IMG/VR virus record: IMGVR_UViG_3300005805_000176
Location: 1-40,653 of that record
DNA length: 40,653 nt
Direction: 5' to 3' (one strand)
Source of the DNA: a virus
Taxonomy: Duplodnaviria; Caudoviricetes
Shown here: one piece after another, positions 13,724 through 24,600 of the stretch
Layout of the letters: each line of letters starts with the position of its first letter
Numbering within the stretch: the first letter of the stretch is position 1
Made by a program: the position numbers and the translations under genes
Notes under the pieces: generated by a model
What the model was told of the DNA's origin: nothing
Seen by the model: the letters and a program-made list of their open reading frames with translations, nothing else
The model's database searches: none

Positions 13724-15714
13724 GTAAGCTAAAAACAATTGACGAAGCTTGGCTAGGATTAGATAGCATTGATGCTAATCTATTTAATCCTATGTCAATG
13801 TTAAATGCCTCAGAAGATGATTTTCATCTAAGGCTTGCCTTCGTGATGAGTAGGCCAGAATATTTATCATTTTTCTGTCAGCATATACTTAATATTCAGC
13901 TACTTCCAATGCAGTCATTGATCTTGAATGAGTTGTGGAATCGTAAGTTTCCTATGCTTATCGGTAGCCGAGGTCTTGGTAAGTCATTTAAATTATCTCT
14001 ATATTCTATATTAAGGGCTATTATGTTGCCCAAGCGCAAGATAGTAGTAGTAGGCGCAGCATTCAGACAGTCTAAGGTATTGTTTGAATATATGGAAACA
14101 ATATGGCGTAATTCACCTATGTTACGAGATATGTGTGATGGAGATAGTGGCCCCAGACGAGATACTGATAGATGCGTAATGAGAATCAATGACAGTACGA
14201 TTACGTGTTTACCTCTTGGTGACGGCCAGAAGATCAGAGGTCAACGTGCAAATGATATCATTGCGGACGAATTTGCGTCTATACCTAGAGATATTTTTGA
14301 AAACGTAGTCGCTGGTTTCGCAGCCGTTAGTGCAGATCCAGTTGAGAATGTAAAGCGCCTAGCCGCTAGAAAGAAAGCGGCTGAACTTGGCATTGAGATT
14401 GAAGACGTAATGCCAGACAAGACAGGCGAGAAGAAAGATAATCAAATTGTGATATCTGGTACAGCATACTATGATTTTAATCACTTCGCTACATATTGGA
14501 AGAAGTGGAAAGCTATTATTAAAAGCCAAGGCAATCCCAGCAGACTTAGAGAAGTCTTTGGCGGCGAAGACTATCCAGATAATTTCGATTGGACACAATA
14601 TTCTATTATACGTATGCCCTATGAACTATTGCCCAAGGGATTCATGGATGCAGACCAAGTAGCACGTTCTAAAGCTACAGTACATACTGGTATCTACCAA
14701 ATGGAATACGGCGCTTGCTTTACCAGAGACAGCCAAGGATTCTTTAAGAGATCACTTATAGAGTCTTGCGTAACTGGCAACATGGAAAATCCAATTAAAG
14801 ATAGTAAAGGGGATCTCATTCATTTTGAGGCTGCGCTTATTGGAGATCCTAATAAAAGATATATATTCGGCGTAGACCCTGCTTCTGAAGTAGATAACTT
14901 TAGCATTGTAGTATTAGAGGCCAATCCCGATCATCGTCGTATTGTATATTGCTGGACAACTACTAGATCAGAACATAAAGAGTTAATTAAGAAGGGATAT
15001 TCTACAGAGACAGACTTCTATTCTTATTGCGCACGTAAGATTAGGGACTTAATGGTACTATTTCCATGCATTCATATTGCTATTGACGCGCAGGGTGGCG
15101 GTGTAGCAGTTACAGAATCTCTACATGACCAAGACAAAATGAAGCCGGGAGAGCTACCATTATGGCCTGTAATTGAAGATGATAAGCCAAAGGATACAGA
15201 CGGTGAACGTGGCTTACATATTATTGAGATGTGTCAATTTGCTAAGTATGAATGGCTAGCAGAAGCAAATCACGGAATGAGAAAAGACTTTGAAGATAAA
15301 GTTCTACTATTTCCACACTTTGACTCTATTTCTCTTGGGCTATCTGGTACAGATGATATGATTAAAAATAGAATGTTCGACACATTAGAAGACTGTGTGC
15401 TAGATATAGAAGAATTAAAAGATGAATTATCTATGATTCAAATGACACAAACTACCAGCGGTCGGGATAGATGGGATACGCCAGAATTGGTCGTTGGTAC
15501 AGGCAAAAAGAGCAAGATGCGCAAAGATAGATATTCAGCATTATTGATGGCAAACATGGCTGCACGTATATTACAACGCAAGCCAGAGCAAGAAGCATAT
15601 AACTTCTATGGCGGCTTCGCTACTATAAAGGCATTTGATCATAAGGAAAAGGCGGATGAAAGACTATATAGTGGACCAAGCTGGTTTGCAGATCAGATGA
15701 AAGATGTGTATTAG
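13720..15714 (+). CDS. terL: Terminase large subunit
   Basis: LLPMQ adenine-binding motif, Walker A SRGLGKS, RGQRA/IIADEF Walker B, nuclease FGVDPA and KDRYSA. Confidence 0.92.
   Translation: MSKLKTIDEAWLGLDSIDANLFNPMSMLNASEDDFHLRLAFVMSRPEYLSFFCQHILNIQLLPMQSLILNELWNRKFPMLIGSRGLGKSFKLSLYSILRAIMLPKRKIVVVGAAFRQSKVLFEYMETIWRNSPMLRDMCDGDSGPRRDTDRCVMRINDSTITCLPLGDGQKIRGQRANDIIADEFASIPRDIFENVVAGFAAVSADPVENVKRLAARKKAAELGIEIEDVMPDKTGEKKDNQIVISGTAYYDFNHFATYWKKWKAIIKSQGNPSRLREVFGGEDYPDNFDWTQYSIIRMPYELLPKGFMDADQVARSKATVHTGIYQMEYGACFTRDSQGFFKRSLIESCVTGNMENPIKDSKGDLIHFEAALIGDPNKRYIFGVDPASEVDNFSIVVLEANPDHRRIVYCWTTTRSEHKELIKKGYSTETDFYSYCARKIRDLMVLFPCIHIAIDAQGGGVAVTESLHDQDKMKPGELPLWPVIEDDKPKDTDGERGLHIIEMCQFAKYEWLAEANHGMRKDFEDKVLLFPHFDSISLGLSGTDDMIKNRMFDTLEDCVLDIEELKDELSMIQMTQTTSGRDRWDTPELVVGTGKKSKMRKDRYSALLMANMAARILQRKPEQEAYNFYGGFATIKAFDHKEKADERLYSGPSWFADQMKDVY
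15706..15714 (+). promoter_or_regulatory. Putative late promoter GTGTATTAG
   Basis: Upstream of the portal gene. Confidence 0.45.
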
Positions 15715-15757
15715 TATTTAGACAGTCCAATTAACAATCCAATTACTGGAAGGCATT

Positions 15758-17839
15758 ATGAACGACCAAGATATGATCACATGGCAAGACAATGATCCTA
15801 CAAGCAAGGCCAACGCCATGTCTCAATTCTCTGAAAGCATTGATCACTACACTGGACTACCCAAGACGCAGGGTTCACACTATAGACATTTTATTGATCT
15901 AGAGCCAAACAAGTCTGTAAAGCCCGGTTTTACTAGAGATGATTATTACGCCTTCCGTCCAGACGAGGCTGTGCCACAGCAGCAGCGCAAGGTCATCAAA
16001 ATGTGCATGGAAGCATATGATAAAGTTGGTATTATTCGTAATATTATTGATCTCATGGGCGACTTTGGTAGTCAAGGTATTCAGATTGTACATCAAAATA
16101 AATCTGTAGAACGATTTTATCAACAATGGTTCCGTAGCATTAACGGTAAAGAAAGATCTGAAAGGTTCCTTAACAATCTATATAAAACGGGCAACGTTAT
16201 TATATATCGTAGCTACGCAAAGGTGACGCCGCAGCTAAATCAATACATGAAATCTCTTGCTAACGATATTAAGGTAGAAGTACCTAATATGAAAGAGAAT
16301 CTAATTCCATGGAGATATAATTTCTTTAATCCTCTCACCGTTAAGATGAAGGATGGTAATTTATCGCTATTTCTAGGTGGACAACATCATTATACAATAT
16401 CAGCTAATTCTTTCTTTGATAAATTCCAAAGCGGCGATATTCCTTCAGATGTTCTAAACAGCTTACCATTAGATTTAAAGCAGGGCATTAAAGAAGGCAA
16501 AAAGGAGTTTCAGTTAGACCCAGAGCGTTTAAGTATCTTCCATTATAAGAAGGATGATTGGAGGCACTGGGCTAATCCTATGATTTATGCTATTCTTGAC
16601 GATATTATCATGTTAGAGAAAATGAGACTAGCAGATCTCTCAGCACTAGACGGCGCTATATCTAACATTCGTTTATGGACTCTTGGTAATCTAGAACACA
16701 AGATTCTTCCTAATAAGGCAGCTATTAATAAATTACGTGATATTTTAGCTAGCAATGTTGGTGGCGGCACAATGGAACTAGTGTGGGGTCCAGAATTATC
16801 ATTTAAAGAATCAAGCAGCGAAGTATATAAGTTCTTAGGCTCAGAGAAATATAATTCAGTATTAAATAGTATTTATGCGGGCCTTGGCGTTCCGCCCACA
16901 TTAACTGGTATGGCAACGAATGGTGGTGGATTTACAAATAACTTTATTTCACTCAAGACATTAGTAGAGAGATTGCAATATGGACGAGATCTATTAATCA
17001 AGTTTTGGGAAAAAGAGATTGAAATGGTTCGTCGCTCGATGGGCTTTAGATATCGCGCTCATATTCACTTTGATCAGATGACACTATCCGATGAAGCGGC
17101 AGAAAAGAACCTACTTATTCAGCTAGCAGATAGAGACATTATTAGTCATGAGACATTAATCGAGCGATTTAAGGAAATTCCACAAATCGAAAAGATTAGA
17201 CTACAAAGAGAAAGCTCAGACAGAGATAAAGAATCGTTGCCACAAAAGGCTGGCCCATTCCATAACGCTAGACATAAGCAAGAACTTGAAAAAGTGGCTT
17301 TACAAACTAGCAAGGTAACTCCACAGGACGTTGGCCTAGAAACCAGCGTACCAAAGGACAGATTATTACCACCAGCACCCATGACCGGCCAACCTAATCA
17401 GTCTCCATCTAAGCCTAGTGGCCCCAACGGTAGACCTCCATTATCTCAAGATTCTGGCCCAAGAAAGCAAAGAGTAGCAAAGCCACGATCTACTCCCGGC
17501 GTTGCGGAACTAGTAGTTTGGTCAGAAAATGCTTGGGATGAAATTTCCAATATTATTAATGAGGCATATTTAAGCTCAAATAATAAGAAGAATTTAAGAC
17601 AATTAACCAAGGCACAAGTATCAGATCTAGAGCAATTAAAATTAGACGTATTTACTAATACGGTAGCAATGTCAGAAGTTAACACTGACAGCATTACTAA
17701 ATTATTATTCAGCAACGCCAAGACTCCTAAAGACTTTACATTAGAGCTTAAAAATAGGGGAATTACTATCGAAGAAATGACTTTAGAAAATTATAGGCGC
17801 AGCATTGTTGGTATGTACATTGAGCAGAATTTGGCTTAA
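15758..17839 (+). CDS. Portal protein
   Basis: Position after terL, 693 aa, helical, IYAGLGVPP..T motif, Pro-rich GRP-containing tail. Confidence 0.85.
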   Translation: MNDQDMITWQDNDPTSKANAMSQFSESIDHYTGLPKTQGSHYRHFIDLEPNKSVKPGFTRDDYYAFRPDEAVPQQQRKVIKMCMEAYDKVGIIRNIIDLMGDFGSQGIQIVHQNKSVERFYQQWFRSINGKERSERFLNNLYKTGNVIIYRSYAKVTPQLNQYMKSLANDIKVEVPNMKENLIPWRYNFFNPLTVKMKDGNLSLFLGGQHHYTISANSFFDKFQSGDIPSDVLNSLPLDLKQGIKEGKKEFQLDPERLSIFHYKKDDWRHWANPMIYAILDDIIMLEKMRLADLSALDGAISNIRLWTLGNLEHKILPNKAAINKLRDILASNVGGGTMELVWGPELSFKESSSEVYKFLGSEKYNSVLNSIYAGLGVPPTLTGMATNGGGFTNNFISLKTLVERLQYGRDLLIKFWEKEIEMVRRSMGFRYRAHIHFDQMTLSDEAAEKNLLIQLADRDIISHETLIERFKEIPQIEKIRLQRESSDRDKESLPQKAGPFHNARHKQELEKVALQTSKVTPQDVGLETSVPKDRLLPPAPMTGQPNQSPSKPSGPNGRPPLSQDSGPRKQRVAKPRSTPGVAELVVWSENAWDEISNIINEAYLSSNNKKNLRQLTKAQVSDLEQLKLDVFTNTVAMSEVNTDSITKLLFSNAKTPKDFTLELKNRGITIEEMTLENYRRSIVGMYIEQNLA

Positions 17840-17861
17840 ACACGTATTTACTTCGTAATTT

Positions 17862-17870
17862 GTGTATAAT
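17862..17870 (+). promoter_or_regulatory. Putative late promoter GTGTATAAT
   Basis: Intergenic, 17 bp before the protease gene. Confidence 0.55.
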
Positions 17871-17886
17871 GATTTGAGAGGTAAAT

Positions 17887-19362
17887 ATGAAGATATACCA
17901 GCAAGAAATCCTAGATGGCGTTGCAGACGCTGTACAAGCTACAGCTTCTATCGCCTATTGTTCGCCCGCTGTTATATGCCAAACCGCTCATCAACACTCA
18001 TCTGATTTTGTAGAGAAGATCAAAGCATCTAGTGCCAACCCAAAGCAGATTGATTTATATTATATTAAGTCTGTTCTTGTGTCAACTGGATGGAATAAAA
18101 ATGATGATGTCTTTTCTTCACAGGCAACATGGGCTGCAAGAAATACTCCAGAAGATAAACAATTTAATTTCATGCATAATGAAAACGACATTATTGGTCA
18201 TATCACTGGAAGCTATGTTGTTGATAGAAATGGTAACAAGATTGCAGATGACGCAGAAATGCCAGAAGAGTTTGATATAATTACAGAAGCAGTACTATAT
18301 AACAGTTGGACTAATCCTGAAAATCGTCAAAGGATGAATCAAATAATTGATGAAATCGAACAAAACAAATGGTTCGTATCTATGGAATGTCTATTCGCTG
18401 GTTTTGACTATGCTGTAGTAGATCCACAGGGAACCAAAAAAGTCATCGCTAGAGATGAAAAATCATCGTTTTTAACTAAACACTTAAGAGCGTATGGTGG
18501 TACCGGAGAGTATGAAGGCTATAAAATTGGTAGATCATTGAGAGATATTTCTTTCTCTGGAAAGGGTCTGGTTTCTAAGCCAGCCAATCCGAGAAGTATT
18601 ATTCTTGATGCTAGCAAAGCTTTCTCTTTAAATGAAACTAATGTTATTACTAGTGTTTCCAAAGGAGATATTAACATGTCAGATAATAACCTTTTAGAGA
18701 AGCAGCTTGCTGAAGTTCGTAGTGAGCTAGCATCTGCTAAAGAAGAAAACAAGATTGTTCGTGCAGAAGTTGAAGCAGCAAAAGATAAAGAATATGCTGA
18801 CACAATTGCTGCTTTAGAAACAAGTCTTGCAGAAAAAGAAGTAGCCTTTAAGGCTCTTGAAGAAACAGTGCAGGCCAACGAAGCCGCACTCACCGAACTT
18901 AAGGAGGCTCTTGCTGCCAAGCAGGCAGAACTAGAAGCCGCCCAAAGTGAAATGATGGACATGAAGAAGAAAGAGAAAATGGCCAAGCGTAAGGCAAGCC
19001 TAGTGGAAGCTGGCTTTGAAGACGCAGAAGCCGAAGAGTCTCTTAGTCTTTATGAGACATTAGAAGATTCTGCATTCGATTCGATTGTTGCTATGTACAA
19101 GAAGAAGATGGCCAATATGCATAGCAAGAAAGAAGAGATGATGAAGAAAGAGGAAATGAAAAAGGAAAAAGCGGAAGACGCTTCTGAGTCAGCTGAAAAA
19201 GTTGAAGAAACTGTCGCTGAAGAAGAAGTGTCGGAAGAGCTTTTTGATGGCGTGAAGTCAACAGAGGCAACTCTTATCGACGCTTCTGACGATAATGACG
19301 AGCTAGAAGCCACAAGAGCAAGCGTAGCTCAATGGTTAACCGAAAACGTACTACGTAAGTGA
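17887..19362 (+). CDS. Prohead protease-scaffold fusion
   Basis: N-domain with NKNDDVF, FMHN..IIGH, SMEC, FSG.GLV..PANP; C-terminal acidic coiled coil; lies between portal and capsid genes. Confidence 0.8.
   Translation: MKIYQQEILDGVADAVQATASIAYCSPAVICQTAHQHSSDFVEKIKASSANPKQIDLYYIKSVLVSTGWNKNDDVFSSQATWAARNTPEDKQFNFMHNENDIIGHITGSYVVDRNGNKIADDAEMPEEFDIITEAVLYNSWTNPENRQRMNQIIDEIEQNKWFVSMECLFAGFDYAVVDPQGTKKVIARDEKSSFLTKHLRAYGGTGEYEGYKIGRSLRDISFSGKGLVSKPANPRSIILDASKAFSLNETNVITSVSKGDINMSDNNLLEKQLAEVRSELASAKEENKIVRAEVEAAKDKEYADTIAALETSLAEKEVAFKALEETVQANEAALTELKEALAAKQAELEAAQSEMMDMKKKEKMAKRKASLVEAGFEDAEAEESLSLYETLEDSAFDSIVAMYKKKMANMHSKKEEMMKKEEMKKEKAEDASESAEKVEETVAEEEVSEELFDGVKSTEATLIDASDDNDELEATRASVAQWLTENVLRK
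18676..19362 (+). CDS. Nested in-frame scaffolding protein (228 aa)
   Basis: AAAGGAGATATTAAC-ATG: strong RBS at the protease/coiled-coil boundary. Confidence 0.65.
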   Translation: MSDNNLLEKQLAEVRSELASAKEENKIVRAEVEAAKDKEYADTIAALETSLAEKEVAFKALEETVQANEAALTELKEALAAKQAELEAAQSEMMDMKKKEKMAKRKASLVEAGFEDAEAEESLSLYETLEDSAFDSIVAMYKKKMANMHSKKEEMMKKEEMKKEKAEDASESAEKVEETVAEEEVSEELFDGVKSTEATLIDASDDNDELEATRASVAQWLTENVLRK

Positions 19363-19382
19363 TTTAAACAGGAGAAATAATT

Positions 19383-19832
19383 ATGGCTCTAAAAGCAGAC
19401 AGATATGAACTTCAGACTGATATCAGTTTCTTTTACAATGCGGGAACTGCTACTCGCGGCGGCGTCGTGTGTCATGACACAACCGCTGGCACTGGCGCAT
19501 CTATGGATCAAGGTGTCAACCTTGTGAAGTATTCAACCAGTGGCGTACCAGTAGGCGTTCTACTTAACGACGTTGTAAACAAGGATCTAACCCGTACTCA
19601 CCTCAACCAGCACAAGGATGAGGTTCAGAAGGGTGGTAAGGTTACGGTTCTCCGCAAGGGGTATGTTGTAACCAACAATGTAACAGGCACTCCATCAGCC
19701 GGTGCAGATGCTTACCGATGCACAGTCACTGCTGGTAACTTAAGTACAGTTGCTAGTGGTGTCAAGGTCGGCGCATTCCTCACCAGCAAGGATGAGGATG
19801 GTTATGCCAAAGTAGAAGTCAACCTCCCCTGA
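19383..19832 (+). CDS. Head decoration/cement protein
   Basis: 149-aa Gly/Val-rich beta protein directly before the MCP. Confidence 0.7.
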   Translation: MALKADRYELQTDISFFYNAGTATRGGVVCHDTTAGTGASMDQGVNLVKYSTSGVPVGVLLNDVVNKDLTRTHLNQHKDEVQKGGKVTVLRKGYVVTNNVTGTPSAGADAYRCTVTAGNLSTVASGVKVGAFLTSKDEDGYAKVEVNLP

Positions 19833-19864
19833 ACAAAATAGAAAAATATAAGGAGAATTAAACC

Positions 19865-20872
19865 ATGCCAATAAATACTAGACCTAGTGATGAATTTATC
19901 GCTCTCCTACGCAAGTCGGGGGATGCCGATATCAATGTGGCGCAGGCTGCTCAGCGTGAGTTCGCCAAAGCCCTAGAACTTCCTCTTCGTAAGGGCGTTC
20001 TAGTCGGTAATATCCTTGGTAACATCTTTGAGACAATCAATGTGGAAGCCGGTTCAACAACCGAATTCCCCCTTGACCTCATTTCTCCCGGCCTTGAAGG
20101 TGAGCATGTTGCTTACACCAACCCCGGCCACGGTAGAATTCCCGAGCGTAGCGTTGAAGGCGACTATGTGATGATTCCAACATATAGTATCGCTTCATCT
20201 GTAGATTATCTACTTCGCTATGCCCGTGAAGCAAGATGGGATATCGTTGCCCGCGCCATGCAAGTCATGGAAGCTGGCTTCGTAAAGAAGATGAACGATG
20301 ACGGCTGGCACACACTTCTTGCTGCTGGCGTTGATCGTAACATCCTAGTGTTCGACGGCGATGCAACAGCCGGTATGTTCAGCAAGAGACTCGTTTCTCT
20401 CATGCAGACCGTCATGCGTCGTAATTCCGGTGGTAATAGTGCATCAGTTGGTCGCGGTCGCCTAACTGACATGTACGTTTCACCAGAAGCCCTAGAAGAC
20501 GTTCGCAACTGGGGTCTTGATCAAGTTGACGAGGTAACTCGTCGTGAGATTTACACCGCTCCAGAGGGTGGCGCTCCCATCACTCGTATCTTCGGTGTCA
20601 ATCTTCATGATCTTGACGAACTTGGCGAAGGTCAAGAATATCAAGACTTCTTCACAACTCAGCTTTCTGGTTCTGTTCAGGCCAGCGATCTAGAGCTAGT
20701 GGTTGGTCTTGATCAGTCAGCCAGCGATAGCTTTGTCATGCCCGTTAAGGAGCAGCTACAGGTCTTTGAAGATCCCACTCTTCATCGTCAGCAGCGCGCC
20801 GGTTACTATGGCTGGGCAGAGCTTGGCTTTGGCGTTCTAGATAACCGAAGAGTCATTCTTGGCTCGTTCTAA
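19865..20872 (+). CDS. Major capsid protein (HK97 fold)
   Basis: 335 aa, strong RBS, C-ending codon bias, followed by a terminator; synteny. Confidence 0.88.
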   Translation: MPINTRPSDEFIALLRKSGDADINVAQAAQREFAKALELPLRKGVLVGNILGNIFETINVEAGSTTEFPLDLISPGLEGEHVAYTNPGHGRIPERSVEGDYVMIPTYSIASSVDYLLRYAREARWDIVARAMQVMEAGFVKKMNDDGWHTLLAAGVDRNILVFDGDATAGMFSKRLVSLMQTVMRRNSGGNSASVGRGRLTDMYVSPEALEDVRNWGLDQVDEVTRREIYTAPEGGAPITRIFGVNLHDLDELGEGQEYQDFFTTQLSGSVQASDLELVVGLDQSASDSFVMPVKEQLQVFEDPTLHRQQRAGYYGWAELGFGVLDNRRVILGSF

Positions 20873-20900
20873 TATCTAGGATATTAGCTCATCACGTTAC

Positions 20901-20933
20901 AGGCCACCCTCATTTACTTGGGGGTGGCTTTTT
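20901..20933 (+). terminator. Rho-independent terminator
   Basis: GCCACCCTCA-tttact-TGGGGGTGGC followed by TTTTT. Confidence 0.85.
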
Positions 20934-20934
20934 C

Positions 20935-20943
20935 GTGTATATA
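20935..20943 (+). promoter_or_regulatory. Putative late promoter GTGTATATA
   Basis: Immediately after the terminator, before the next structural operon. Confidence 0.5.
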
Positions 20944-20986
20944 TCAATAGAATTGTAGTTTAGGATTCATTTTTCAGGAGATAAAT

Positions 20987-21670
20987 ATGGCCGCAATATC
21001 GGACTATCTTGAAGCAAAACTATTGAACCATATATTTAGAAGCGAGGGGTTTGTCAAGCCTTCTTCTATAGCAATCGCTTTGACAAGTAGCGTTCCACTG
21101 GATTCAAACAATGGTGCTAATCTACCAGAGCTTCCCACTGGCGTTGTCAGAGGCAGCACAATGGCTAGCACTGGCTACTCTAGAAAAGATTTAGGCGCAC
21201 CATCTGGAGTTGGTGATGATGTTTGGCTACCAGTTGGTTCTGACACAACGACAACATATCAAGTTTATAGCACAGAGGCTGGAAATAGCGGTTATTTCTA
21301 TCCTATTTATTTAGCACAAAATGTTGCTGAATCATTAGACAATAATGGAGTTGCTGTAACCTTTACATTTCCAAAAACATTTCCCGGCGTGAATTTTTAC
21401 TCTCCCTCTGGCATAGCTCAGTCTGGACAGGTAAATGATCCCGGTTATACACAATACGAAGGTAATGGTTTTATCAAGAACAGAAATCAAATAGTTTTTA
21501 ACACAGCTTTATCTGATTGGGGCTGGGTTTCTGGCGTTGCGCTTATAGATACTTCTGTCCATGGACAGGGAAATATGTTAATGTATGCTCAACTTAGAAA
21601 TCCAAGATATATTTATACTGGTGATAACGTCAAGTTTGATGCTAAATCACTAGAAATAAGCCTCAAGTAA
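20987..21670 (+). CDS. Virion structural protein
   Basis: SDYLE.KLL.H.F...AL.T...GY.R and F.TA..DWG.V...A..D...GNML pattern seen in phage minor tail proteins. Confidence 0.7.
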   Translation: MAAISDYLEAKLLNHIFRSEGFVKPSSIAIALTSSVPLDSNNGANLPELPTGVVRGSTMASTGYSRKDLGAPSGVGDDVWLPVGSDTTTTYQVYSTEAGNSGYFYPIYLAQNVAESLDNNGVAVTFTFPKTFPGVNFYSPSGIAQSGQVNDPGYTQYEGNGFIKNRNQIVFNTALSDWGWVSGVALIDTSVHGQGNMLMYAQLRNPRYIYTGDNVKFDAKSLEISLK

Positions 21671-21683
21671 GAGAAAGCTAGTC

Positions 21684-24600
21684 ATGATAATTCCAAAGCC
21701 GCAACTTGTAGAAAATATTGTCAGAGAACTTTCAGACAACTCTACAGGGCAAATATCTCCATATGATATTAGGCATAATCTATTAGACATTATTGATTCT
21801 GTACACTTATTGACAGGATCTCAAAATCTAAGAGCAAGGAATTTCGACACCACGGAGTCAAGAACGACTCGCGCTGGTGATTTTACTCTAGACAAGCTTG
21901 GTCTAGAAGGGTATTTTAGCGTAGACAATTCTGCATTTGGCTACTCTGCTCTTACTGCCAATTATCAAGGTGCTAAGAACACGGCTATTGGTTCTTATGC
22001 TCTTAGCTGTAATATTTACGGCGAAGATAACGCGGCTTTGGGATATCATGCTCTAGCTGGTAATACTAATGGTTTCGGTAATGTTGGCGTAGGTAGCTTT
22101 GCGCTTAATAATAATAAGATTGGTAATTTTAACATTGCTATTGGCCATGCCGCCGGTTATTATGTTGATCGAGATACAAGTAATCGTTTATTTATTGCTT
22201 CGCATCCTATAGATGAAGCATTTTTATGTGCTAATGAAACTGGTGATGGACTTGTTCCATTAATTCATGGTGACTTGTCATCAGCTAATCTCAGGGTTGG
22301 TATTGCTGCAAGAAATCTACATGAAGGTGCTACACTACAGGTTGGTGGACACATTCATCCAACCATCTCTGGCTTATCTAATTTTGATATTGGTAGTTCT
22401 TTATATAGATGGGGCAATCTTTATCTCACAAGTGTCATATCTTTTCCAAATAATAATTATATCACTTATAGTTCTAATACTAATAGATTTGCTATTAGTT
22501 CTCATACTACAATTCACGGTTCCTCTACTATAGGTGGCAATGTTGTTATTTCTGGCGCATTATCTGCAACCGGATCAGCATCTTTTGGTGGCTCACTATC
22601 TGTTGGTAATGATGTTTCAATTAGTGGCGGAATAGATGCCAGTGGAAGTATTGTTCCAGTAGCAGACAAAGCTTTTAATCTTGGTGACTTTGATAAGAGA
22701 TGGCTTAATGCATATGTAAATAATATTTATGTAGCTGGCGTAGGTAGATTTAATCGCTTTGAGGCTGTTGAGCAGGCACACTACTTACATAAAACAATGT
22801 ATCTTGCTTCTAGCGGCTATGTTGACACCATAGACGGCGGTGGCCCCAACGGATTATATGATAGATATACTCCAAACGCTGAAACAGATGAGCCACAAGG
22901 TTATTTAATTGATGAAGAACTGTCTGGCGCTGGACTAAACATTAAATCTAAAGGCGTTGATTACAGTCGTACATATAGTTTTAATTTCAAATCAATAGAT
23001 TGGTCCCTTAAGAATTTGTCGTTTGACGATGTATATTCTAGATCATCATGGAACTCTAATATAAGCATTCACACAGGCTCTGGGTGCCATGTTAAAACAG
23101 ATAGAGTTATACATCCTAGTAGTGTAGCCATCATCACCTATAATGATGGGCTTGGTCTACATGTTAAAAATGGGAAGATGTATAATGCTAACCAACATAA
23201 TGTCAATAGAAATTTAGCAGGACTGAGTAATGTAAATTATATTTCTCATTCTGGAGAGCTTGGTAATTATGCAATCACTATTAGTTCTCCCAACTCTGGC
23301 GTCAATTTATCACAAAGATTTTTATCTAATGTAGCCAATAGAACACTAGATAGTAATAATAACGAACTACTTAAGGGCTTTGAATGCATTTATATCAACG
23401 ACTCTGAACTCAATGCTCCATCATTCTTTAATGCTGACGCTGGACAGTATCCTAGCAGATTTGTAATTAGATCATTTAATAATTCAGCGACCGCTAAGCG
23501 CGCATTTACATTACTACAAGACTCAGCAGATGGATTTGTTGGTATTAGTAATTTTGAATATTCTGATTATTTATTGCCAGACACAATTCTTAATATTCGT
23601 AGCACTGGCGATGCTGTAACAAGGATTACAGCAGAAAACGATGGATACACGAAGTCAGCTGTACAATTGCTTGGTGTTGAAAACTGCTTAACATATGGCA
23701 CAGAGCTTGAATATGTCAACCTAAGTGGTATTTTCAATATTAACATGTTTGACGATGAAAAGCGCACTAATGTATTAAGAGTACTCAATACTAAACAGGC
23801 CGGTTTATTTGCTGGCAGTGGCAACATCAATTCTATGTTTACAATTGGCGATATTAATAATCCCAATGCGTCTGTAGCAATGTATGAGTCTTCAGATAAT
23901 CCTGTCGCAGCATCTGGCTATGGCAAAATCTTTGTTAAGAAAATTGTTGACGGCGACGGTAAACATTCTTCTCTTCAGTTTATGGATTCTAGTGGCAATA
24001 TGTTTGATGTAATAATGAATGCCGTCAGTGTCGGTGGACTTAGTTTAGATAAGCCACTATTCGTTGATGATCTAGGTAATACTTTCGGCGGTCGATTTTC
24101 ACCAGAGCAGAAACAAAATATTGTACAAGCACAAAGAAATACTGCTATTGGTTTTAAATCTTTAATGAAAATCACAGATGGCGACAATAATACAGTTGTT
24201 GGCTATCAGGCTGGAAGCGGAATTACAACTGGTAGTCACAACGTCGTTCTTGGTTATAATTGCCTACAGTCTGTTAACACTGGATCAAATAACATAATTA
24301 TTGGTAATAATCTAGGTAATGATATCGCTAATAATGCAAGCAATGTATTTATGTTGGGATATCAAGGCAAAGTATTGATGTCTGGAGACATTAGTGCGCA
24401 AAGATTAAATATGCCAAACGGCACACTAATGGTTGATAACTTAATTGGTGACAGTCTAAGTATTAAGAGTGACAGTATAGAAGTCATAGATCGTGGTGGC
24501 GGAAATTATCCAGATAATACATTAACATTTAGATTTACTGGTAATCAAACTGCCAACATGTTGGTTTTAAATCATAATGCCAATCCAATTGTTAAAAATC

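Noticed and set aside
13720-15714. Intein or intron in terL
   Set aside because: ORF is continuous, with no C/S...HN splice motifs or homing endonuclease domain seen; the extra length is short charged insertions
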